A stretch of 64,000 nucleotides of DNA from Vicugna vicugna. Lineage: Eukaryota. Below are positions 1 through 9,894 of the stretch, one piece after another (within the stretch, counting starts at the first letter, position 1; every line of letters starts with the position of its first letter). The notes beneath the pieces were generated by a model. The model was not told the DNA's origin. It saw only the letters and a program-made list of their open reading frames with translations, and made no database searches. The stretch lies in assembly GCA_013265495.1 (NCBI GenBank), contig MU059972.1, positions 327,915-391,914 on the forward strand. Direction: 5' to 3'. The position numbers and the translations under genes are program-made.

Positions 1-2102
1 AGCACCCCCCCGGGGAACACGTTTGCCTGCCTCCGCCCTGCCTCTGACCCGAGGATGCCGGAAAGCCCACATCTTACAGACGGGACCCCAAGGCCCAGGG
101 AACCAGGCTGACCCACGTCTGAGGCCAGAGGAGGAGGGGTGGGGCCTGGGGTGGGAAGGGGCCCCCACACTCTGAAGAGCCACTGAGATTCAAGGAATGG
201 GCTTTGGCGAAGACACACCCTGGTCTAGCCTGGCCAGGTGCCCAGTGCATCTGCCAAGAAGACAGACTGGGACTTGCTTCAAATAAAAGTCAATTGCCAG
301 GGTTAAAAAGACAAAACCTCTCAGTAGTCATTACTAAACATCTGAGTGAGAGAAAACACACAGGAGAAGAAGGGCTCACTCTGCACCTCCAGCCCTGGAA
401 GGGGGGCTGTCCACCAGCTGGCCCAGCCCGGCCAAGTGGGCACCCAGCACTGCACCGTCTCTCCAGGGAGGGAACCCACAGATAGCCCAGCAGCCTGCCC
501 TCTCTGAGCCCCCGAGCCGAGGGTGGGGTGAACAGTCTCCTGACCGGGACTGGAACTGCCCCACGTGCCTCCTCAGCGGAACCCCCAACGCCTGCCTCCC
601 CGAGAGTAGCGCCAGGGCCCATTTAGAGCTCACAGCCCTGTGTCTCCATCACCACCTGGAACGGAAGCTTCACCTGAGCTTGGAAAGCATCACAGTCGGG
701 GCCCTGGGAGGCCGTGTGCATCAGTGAGATGGGGCGGGGCCTCACCACGGGGCAGAGAGATGGTGGGAGGGAATTTCAGGTGAAGGCATTGGGGGTGGGT
801 CCCGGGACGCTCCCCTACTGTCTGCCAGCATCAACCCTGCTCCGCTAAGATGGATATCTGAGCACCGACAAGGCAGAGGCAGCCTTGAGCACCTCCTGGA
901 GTCTGGCCCCTCCCAGGGATCAGAGGACAGCGTGGAGGCCACCTGGAGGGTGAGGGCAGCAGACTCCAGTCGCGGGCCCTACTGGACACACACGTGGGCT
1001 TCTTCAGCCCAGGGACCTCGTGAGGCAAGGCAGGGTCGCAGCTGGAAGGACACACCCCCTGTCGGGGCAAGGCCGTATCTCAACCTCGTTCTAACTGGAA
1101 AAGCCATCAGGGCATGGACAGGAACGGTCACCTTTTAGCTGTGAAGATGGCCTGAGGGCTCTATTTTCTCTCTCGAAGAGGTTTATACTGATGTTTGCCG
1201 ATGAAATTATGTGTCTGGGACTCGCTTTAGAATAATGCGGGACCACGACTGCTGAATGTGACCCTGACTCCAGACTGGATCCTGAGCCAGGAGTAACACT
1301 GCGATGGAATTACTGCTGGGGCAACTGATGAAGCAGGAGTGTGTTCCACAGATGAAGCGCCGCATCCAAACCGTCACCCGGATCAGCACCCGGGCTGCGG
1401 GTGTGTGAGGGACACCGGGCCTGAGGGCGGACGGGCTGGGAGGACAAGAGGCTGCAGCCCAGGCCCCTCTCCCCACGGGGGGCGACCAGAGTCTGGACGG
1501 AGCACGGCTGGGAGGAAGAGCCCAGATCAGGAGACCTGGACACGGGCAGGGCAGGTCCTGGGACAATGTGGATGCGTCGGGTGAGACAAGATGGGGGCAC
1601 CTTCAGTGCTGGGCTGGGCTGGGGGGTCAGGAGGCCAGCAGGCGGCTCTCAAATGGCTCAGAAAGAAGACATAATAACGTACAATGTGGGGCCGGGAAGA
1701 GGGAGGGGGAGGGGAGGGGGAGGGAGCTGGGGAGGGGGAACTGCAGGAAGTGGGTGCAGGTGGGTCCAGGGGAGGGGTGTGCTGTTCTTCCATAAATTTG
1801 ACGTTTTTTCAAGATGAAAGCTGGAAGAAAGTAACAGCAGCACAGCCAGGCTCACAAAGCACCGTGACAACCAAAGCGGGGCCGGGCTTAGCACAGCGTT
1901 ATTCACGCGGATTAAACACGAACAAACACAGTAACAACGTGTGCACAACAGGACAGTGACCAGAGTGGACGTCAGCAAGTCAGCCTCCAGGGTGAGAATC
2001 ACCTGCGCAAGCTCAGCCCCCGGCGCCCCTCCTCACTCGGTCCAGCCGCTCCCTGCCTCAGGGCCTTTGCACAGGCTGTCCCCGTGGCCTCTGTGAGCTC
2101 TA

Positions 2103-2477
<375 letters not shown>

Positions 2478-2848
2478 TCAGCTGGCTCCCCCCCAGGAAC
2501 CCACACCCCTACCTGGTGGGAGAGGTAGGTTTGGAGCCCCTGGGGCCACCACGTGTGGAGGGAGTCACAGGACAGAGGTGGACAGACAGACCAGGGCTGG
2601 GCATCGCTCCAGCCCTGGAACCCGCAAGACCTGAAGCCAGTAAGTGCCCCCCACCACCAAGTTTTCTGTCTAAGCCAGTTGAATGTCCTTTCTAACTGGA
2701 AGATTCTGGGCTAATGTCCCCCGTTCTCCCGACAGGGCCAAAGGGCTGTCTTCGGTCATGAGAGCACTGGTGCTGGGATGTCACAGGTCAGCCCTCTGGT
2801 GGAGGGAGGGCCAGTGCCTGCACCTGCTTGTCACCCGCCACACAGCGC

Positions 2849-2903
2849 CCCATATTTGGGAGGGATCCGGGCTCCAAACCCCAGAGCAGGGAGCCTCTTG
2901 TCG
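2849..2903 (-). pseudogene. CPNE7: CPNE7 exon 11, 55 nt, GC donor
   Basis: ttccag|CGACAAG...; DKRLPALGFGARIPPKYG followed by GCGCTG rather than GT. Confidence 0.85.
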
Positions 2904-3130
2904 CTGGAAGAGAGGTGGTCTCGTCACCCAGGGTCTCTGATTACCCTGGTCGGTGGGGGGCACACTGGGGAGACACTGACAGAACAAGGAGATCAGGCTG
3001 ACACTTTTGGGGGCCCCAGGCCCCACCCCAAACTACATGGGGGAACTGAGGTACAAAGCCACGAAGAAGCCGCCCAGCACACAGGCAGGCAGGGGAGGAC
3101 CTTGGCCCCCTTCACCCACAAGGAGCCTCA

Positions 3131-3481
<351 letters not shown>

Positions 3482-4060
3482 TCAGGGAGGGAAACCGAGG
3501 CTTGGAAAGAGGCTCAGCTGCGAGGAAGGCTGGTGGTGAGCCCCAGGGCCCGGCTCTGTGCAGGGCAGGACCAGAGGGGAACAGACCTCCTAGCTGACGT
3601 GCCAACCCCAAGGCTCCTGGCTCCCCAGAGGAAGCCAGCGCACCTCTGTAGGCCCGCAGAGAGCCGGGGAGGTCACCCTGGACCTCCCGCAGAGTTCTGG
3701 CCCTGCCCATAGCCTGACCAGTGGGGGCGAGGCACAGGGAGGGGCCCAGAGGCGGGACCAGGCAGGTCTTCTCAGCCACCACCCTCCCAGTGCAGGACCT
3801 GGGAGGAGCAAGCCTGAGCTGGGGTCCCCTTGAAGCACCCCAAGTCACTTTCCTCCGGCCTGGAGCACGAAGGCCATACAGAAGGGCCTCACTGTACCCA
3901 CGTCCCTGCGCATGTCCACACCAGGGTGCTGAGCTGGGCCCTGTGTTACGTTCAGAGTGGGGAGGGCCGTCGGGAGGCCTGGGGCGGCGCCCAGGTGCTG
4001 ACCCCCCCATCCCACTGGGATGTACTCCAGCTGGCTGCGTGGAGGGGTCAGTGGATTCAC

Positions 4061-4120
4061 CGTGAAGTGGATCTGACAGCCACCCATGATGTAGTCCAGC
4101 GAAGAGCAGACCCTGAAGAA
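4061..4120 (-). pseudogene. CPNE7: CPNE7 exon 9, 60 nt
   Basis: gaag|TTCTTC...TTCACG|gtgaat; FFRVCSSLDYIMGGCQIHFT. Confidence 0.9.
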
Positions 4121-4453
4121 CTTCCAGGACGGCCAGTGGGGCCGAGGCCGGGGCTTCCGGGGCTCCTGGGGCCTGCCCTCCCCCAGGGATATGGGGGCAG
4201 GAGCCCAGCAGCCTCCGTCCCCTCCCCTCAGGCCCTCAGGCAGCCTTCTTCCCCCTCCACCCCTCCCACCTCCACATTCTGGGGACCACCAGACCTCCGG
4301 GAGGGGAGCCCTTGAGGGTCCATCGGACAATGGGGGGCCTTGCAGGGAAGGGCTTGCGGCCCCGCTGGGCACTGACTCTCAGCAGTTTGGGCGGAAGCCC
4401 CCTCCCCCACCGTGGGCGGGTGGGGAGGGTCTGCAGGCTGCCCTGAGGCCCAC

Positions 4454-4538
4454 CTCCAGGTCTGCCGGGACGACCACCCCAGAGTTCTTGTAATTGCCTC
4501 CTCTGCTTGTACTTGGCGTTCACGCAGTCCCGCTGGGC
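4454..4538 (-). pseudogene. CPNE7: CPNE7 exon 8, 85 nt (2-bp deletion)
   Basis: AQRDCVNAKYKQRR, then the shifted frame NYKNSGVVVPADLE; canonical AG and GT ends. Confidence 0.9.
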
Positions 4539-4806
4539 CTGGGGGACAGGGACAGGCAGGGGCCGCACACCACAGTGCTAGTGCCCAGCATCCACCCCAA
4601 GGGGCAGGGGAGGCCTGAAAGTCTCGCCCTGGTTTTCCCAACTCTAACAAAGCAAAGGACCGACCAGGGTCCCTACTCTGGCCCCCTGGCAGGGCGGTTG
4701 TCATTCTGTCCTCCTCAATTTCCTCCTCTAATGCCATCACGACTTATGCAGCAACGCAGCACAGCCCAGGGCGCCCCTCTGGCCCTGCTGCTCCCCAGCA
4801 GCTCAC

Positions 4807-4905
4807 CTGGTCCTCTGCAAAGTTTTTCTGCATCTGCTCCAAGGTGGTGGAGAATTCTCCAATCAAGTCGTGCTTCCTGCGGGAATCATAATCCCAGACG
4901 AGGCA
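4807..4905 (-). pseudogene. CPNE7: CPNE7 exon 7, 99 nt
   Basis: cccag|TGCCTC...GACCAG|gtgagc; CLVWDYDSRRKHDLIGEFSTTLEQMQKNFAEDQ. Confidence 0.92.
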
Positions 4906-4995
4906 CTGGGGAGCCCAGGAGCCCTCAGCCCCCTGCCCCTCTGGGGCCCCCAGCCTGGGCGCCCCCTCCCCACCACCCCTCCCCACGACCCCCAC

Positions 4996-5039
4996 CTCCA
5001 AAGAAAGGCTGCCACGTGGGACACGTCGTTCTCCACCAC
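4996..5039 (-). pseudogene. CPNE7: CPNE7 exon 6 remnant, about 44 nt versus about 90 expected
   Basis: Reads GTG GTG GAG AAC GAC GTG (VVENDV, cf. VVKNNL) after a pyrimidine tract ending in AC rather than AG. Candidate donor GAG|GTGGGG at 4996/4995. Lies between exons 5 and 7. Confidence 0.55.
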
Positions 5040-5375
5040 GTGTGAGCCAGGAGGGGCCAGCGGCCCCGGGGGCCCTGCCTCAGGTTCCGGAGCTTCGGCC
5101 TGAGCCTCGCTCCTTCATAACTTCCCCGCGTTCCTGGAACACCTGGACTCCTTTTCCCTTAAATAGTCTTTTTTCATCCAAGTTAATCTATCTCAGAAGG
5201 AAATGCTCTCCCTCTGCTGTAACTGCTGTAAATCCAGTTTCAGGGGCAGGTAATGACAAGGCCCTGCTCAAAGGGAGGTGGCGGTGTGGGGCCGGGGGGA
5301 TGCAGAGGGGCAGCAGGGGCAGCTCCCTCCCCGCCCTCCCACGCCCACCCCCAGGTGCTGGGCAGGGACCCCCAC

Positions 5376-5459
5376 CTCTGTTCTGTACACCAGCTGCTCA
5401 CTCTGAGCGTCACTGAGCAGATAAAGCTCCAGGAAGGGGTGCGGCTTGCTGAAGAAGTC
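5376..5459 (-). pseudogene. CPNE7: CPNE7 exon 5, 84 nt
   Basis: cag|GACTTC...ACAGAG|gtgggg; DFFSKPHPFLELYLLSDAQSEQLVYRTE. Confidence 0.88.
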
Positions 5460-6676
5460 CTGCAGGAGGAGCAGAGGCTTTGCCCGGCAAGGCGGGGAAC
5501 GCGGCGGTGGGGGAACACCAGGTTCAGCCCCTCCTGGCTCTGAGGAGGGTCTTCCTCTGCAAGTCAGAAGAGGCAATGGGGCGGGGGGGGTCCGCGCCTG
5601 CTCCCCTGGGGACCCTAACCCGCCCTCAGTGACCTGACTCCTCAAAACGTACCACTCAGGGCCCCTTGGGGCCTGGATCTGACTGGCCCTCTGTCCTCTC
5701 TCCCTCTGCCAGGCACCCTCACCTCCTTGCCTCATGGGCCCTCCCACCGCTCATGGTCAGGTGAGAAAACAGGTTCAGAGATGAGGGAGAATGCCAGGGT
5801 CCCTTCGGTCAGCACACATGTGACCTACGGCAAAAGCAGGGCATCGGGCCCTGGGAGCCTCCCAAGCCAGGGCTGGCCTGCGCTGGGCCCTCCGAGCGGT
5901 CTCGGCCTCCCCCCCACCACCAGGCTGCAGCCCCTTCAGGCTATAACCCACTAACTGGGCCAAGAGTTGACACAGGGACACCAGAGGGCAGCTCTTAGGC
6001 TGGCCTGTAGACCAGACAGAAGCTGACCGCCCCTCGTGGCAGCTGCAGGACCAGCGACTGCAGTGTGGGTGGGGACTCTAGCCTCCGCGTGGCCAGCTCT
6101 GACCCTCACTGCCATGACTGAGCTGAGACAGACGGGAGACAGGACCCCCACCCCCACCCCAGTCTGCCTGGCTGACAGCTCTGAGCATTCAAGAACATTT
6201 TGTGCAGAAGAGAAACCATCCCAGGTGGGGGAAGCTGAGGCCAAAATGGGCCTCGGGTGGGAGAGCTTGGTGTGAGGTGCGAAATGTGGGGCCCCACGCC
6301 AGGCCCCCAGGTTCTCTCAGTTGAAGGCTCACTTCTGGGCTCACCTATGGAGAAATGGGACAGCTGCAGGGTCCGTGTTGCACGCCTGGGACTTGAAGTG
6401 TCCAAGCCTTTGGCCGTTGAGGTGGCCCTACCAGCCCAGACCAGAATGGCTGCAGAGCAGGAGGTCCTGAGGACCTTTCCATAATGTAAAGTGTGTGTGT
6501 TTACCCAGACGTGTGCGTGTCCACACATGTGTCCGTGTGTGCCGTGCACAGGTCTGCGTGTGCAGGCATGCACACACTTGTTTGCACACGGATGTCTGTG
6601 CAAGCATGGGCTTTTACATGCCTCTATGCATGTGAGTTTTTTTGAGCAAAGACCAATTTGTATTCCATATTTCCCT

Positions 6677-6818
6677 TTTATTTATTTATTTTTGGGGGGT
6701 TTTTTTTGGAGGGGGAGGTAATTAGATTTATTTATTTATTTATTCTTAGAGGAGGTACCGGGGATTGAACCCAGGACCTTGTACATGCGCTCTACCACTT
6801 GAGCTACACCCTCCCCCC
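6677..6818 (-). mobile_element. tRNA-Ala-derived SINE (camelid Vic-1-like)
   Basis: Minus strand GGGGAGGGTGTAGCTCAAGTGGTAGAGCGCATG...GGTCCTGGGTTCAATCCCCGG with (AATA)n tail; 16-bp direct repeat ccatatttccctttta at 6665-6680 and 6829-6844. Confidence 0.85.
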
Positions 6819-7204
6819 AGAAGAAATGCCATATTTCCCTTTTTAAATCTCCACTTCTTCCTGGAGGGGAAAATTATCTTTCACTAACTTCATCTTAACA
6901 TCATTCAAAAAAAAATCAATTTTCATCAATAGACTATACTGGAATGGTTTCCAGAGCGGATGTTAATTAAAGCTGTCACATAAACAGAGTCACATCTTCT
7001 CTGAACAAGTCTTATTTCATGCTGGACATGCATATTTCCATGTGTGTCCCTGTATGTGGTCCCCGTCTTCCATGCTCACGAGGGCAGCTGGGGGCCAGGC
7101 TGGGCGGACCGCCGCCCTGTGCAGGGTTGTGCCCTGCGTGGGTCTTGGTCTTTTTATCTGACAGAAGGCTCTACCCGCCCATCTCCAACCCAGGCAGCAG
7201 CATG

Positions 7205-7468
7205 GATGAGTCACCCAGACATCATGTTGGGTAAAAGAAATCAGACACAAATGAGAACATCCCATGAGATTCACGGACATGAAATTCTAGGACAGGCAGA
7301 GCTATCAGGGCGGGGGGTGTGCTGAGAGGAGCAGGGGAACCTGCAGGTGATGAGAATGTTCCGTGTAATCTGGGTGACAGTCAGGTGGACCACCGTCTAA
7401 GCTCATCAGTCTCAACCCTCAAGGTCTACACATTCTACTGTGTGTACATTACACCTCAATAAAAAGCA
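7205..7468 (+). mobile_element. L1M (L1MB/ME) 3' end fragment
   Basis: catcatgttgggtaaaagaaatcagacacaaa...tgaaattctaggacaggc...tacattacacctcaataaaaa. Confidence 0.65.
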
Positions 7469-8093
7469 GTGCCCTTGTAGCCCTCACAAGAATTTAACGT
7501 GGGACACACGGAGTGTTCAGCACAGAGGCTAGCGCTAAGTAGCCTGGCTGGTGGCGAGAGCAGGCACTCCTGTTACACTGATAATGGAGGAGCTGACGGA
7601 CGACTGGAGTGGAGGACACAGTGTCTCTCAGGTGGGAGCTGGACCAACAGGCCACGGGGAGAGACACGGGAAGGGCTCCCTTGTGTCATGGAAGTGAAGA
7701 AAGCAAGCTGCAGAACAGTGTATGCCATTTGGGTTTTCTAATACATGAATATAGGGAAAAGAGCACGCGTTCCTTGGCTCCAGTGAGAAGACGTCTCTGC
7801 AGAAGAATGTAATGTCCCTGGAGACAGAGCAGGAGGGAAGCCTTCCATGTGTGCCTGTCACACTTTCTGGATTTGGATCCATATTACCCAGCACAAAATT
7901 ACATATTTTTAAAAATAACCAAAAAGAGTTTTTTAAGAGAAGGAGCTGTGGAGACAGGCAGCGCTGGGGGTCATGCTGGTACACAGTCGGCATCTATTCA
8001 TTGTCCCCATGCCACCACTGCCATAGAGCGAGCCCTCAGGACCTGCCCAAGTGCCCATCCTGCCCCTGCCTTCCCAAGGGGATGGGCACTCAC

Positions 8094-8276
8094 CTGCCCC
8101 AAGGTGCACTCCACGCCCCCCAGGAAGTTGTCACCCCGACAGCTCAGGCTGCTGGGCCCGTGGGCGTCATAGACCTCAGAGCGCAGCTTCTGCACCTCCT
8201 CAAAGCAGTAGCCGAGCGTGAAGGCCTTGGAGAACACCAGGTCCAGGCTGCTCCGGACCACCTCGGTTCTGTCCAC
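8094..8276 (-). pseudogene. CPNE7: CPNE7 exon 2, 183 nt
   Basis: gcag|GTGGAC...GGGCAG|gtgagt; translates VDRTEVVRSSLDLVFSKAFTLGYCFEEVQKLRSEVYDAHGPSSLSCRGDNFLGGVECTLGQ. Confidence 0.92.
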
Positions 8277-8885
8277 CTGCCGGCAGCGCCGAGTGAGGCC
8301 CTCAGGGTCCCCTTCCCCTCCCATCTGCCCTCAGGTGGTCCTTGCTTCCAGACTGTGTTGTGGGAAGACCCCACTCCACAAGATGCTGCGAGGCTCCAGG
8401 CCGCCCCTCCCTCACTCCTCACTCCCCCGGCCGCCCACATCGCAGATGGGGAAACAGGCTCAGAAGGGGGAAGGGTGGGGCCCAAGGGCACCCCAAGTCA
8501 GGGACAGAGCGGATTGGAACCCTGGACAGTGAAACCAGAAGCAGGTATCTGTCTCTGGTGGTCCGGAGATGACAAGAGACCGTACAGAGTCACGGATCAG
8601 AAGGTCGCGGCGCTCCTGGCCTCCGAGCCCCTGGGCTCTTGGGCCCAGACGCGTCCCCCGCCCCCGCCCCACCCCGCGTGCCGCCACCCCGCCAGGGGGC
8701 GCCAGAGCGTGGGAGGGGCCCGCCGGCGGGGACAGCCTGGAGCCGCCGCGGGCTCGGGCCCCCGCTCCCCTGCTCACCAGCCCCTTCAGCCCCTGACCTC
8801 GGCTCGCGCCCCGATCTCCTGCTCTTTCGAGGTGAAGCCACGCGTCTCGCGTGAGATTTTGACCGAGAAAGCGCTTCGTCCGGCG

Positions 8886-8920
8886 CGGAGCGCCCGGAGC
8901 GCCCGGAGCGTCCGGAGCCG
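8886..8920 (+). repeat. 9-bp tandem repeat (CGGAGCGCC) x about 4
   Basis: cggagcgcc cggagcgcc cggagcgtc cggagccg read directly. Confidence 0.85.
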
Positions 8921-9712
8921 TCGCCGCGACCCGCCCGCGGGGAGGGCTGGGCCGGGCGGGGATGACGAGGGCAGCGGGCCCCGTGGAAGCCCCGCTCCTG
9001 CGCAGGCGCCCCGGGCACTCCCAGGACGAGAGGTTTGAAGGGGGGCCCCGCGGCGCAGAGGCCCGCCCGCCCAGAGCCGGGTCCCCAACCCTGGCCACGC
9101 GCCGAGGTCCCTGGGGACCCCGCCAGTCTTCAAGAACAGGAGAAGCGACAGGCTGGGGGGCCCTGCAGACGGGGCGTCCCAGTCTCGGAGATCAAGTCCT
9201 CGGCTCCCAGCGAGCTCCGGCCCGGGTCGGCCGTTCCCCTCCCGGCCCTCCCTGCTCCAGGTCCGGGCACCCCCGCCTTGCGAAGGAGGACCCGGCAGAA
9301 AAGCCGCGCTCCTGGTTGCCCCGCGGGCGGAGAGGGACCGGCGGCCCCAGTCCAACCCCTGCCCCTCCACTCCTTTCTGCCCCTTAGGCAGGCCTCCTGC
9401 GGCGCCTCTCTGGCCCCGGAGGCCCCCCCCAACCCTGGGTCGCACCCCCCACTCCAGCGCTCCTCTCTCTGCTTGGAGCTCCCTGTGCAGGTCCGCCTCC
9501 AGCCCACTCCGGACACCTCCACTGCCACAGCTCCTGGGCACGCACCCCTAGACCCGGTAACCCCACCCGTGATCCTGCGCTCAGCCCCAGCTCCGACGCC
9601 GCTGCCTTGGGCCCCATTAGCTTCCCACACCCACCTGGGTCTCTGCGTCCCCACTCGGCACCACCGTCCACCCCTAGGCCTCTTCCCTCTGCACCCCCGC
9701 CCTCGCCCCTAC

Positions 9713-9894
9713 CTGCACCCATTGGCTCTGCGACTGCAGCAGCAGCACCACGCTGGGGTCGGACTGTGAGCGGGTCGCGGGTCGCGGTCCAGCAGGTGCC
9801 GGCAGCTGAGCCGCAGCTCCACCTTCGAGGCGCAGGGCGCTGGTACCACCCCGTGGGCCGCTGCCGCCACTGCGCGCTCCGACCTCGCGCTCAT
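9713..9894 (-). pseudogene. CPNE7: CPNE7 exon 1 coding part, 182 nt, frameshifted
   Basis: ATG at 9894-9892 gives MSARSERAVAAAAHGVVPAPCASKVELRLSCRHLLDRDP, then the frame breaks. The shifted frame reads SDPSVVLLLQSQSQWVQ up to the donor CAG|GTAGGG. Confidence 0.9.

Noticed and set aside
7812-9038. 408-aa plus-strand ORF antisense to CPNE7 exon 2
   Set aside because: Low-complexity Pro/Ala/Arg-rich shadow ORF expected in stop-poor GC-rich DNA; no recognisable domain.
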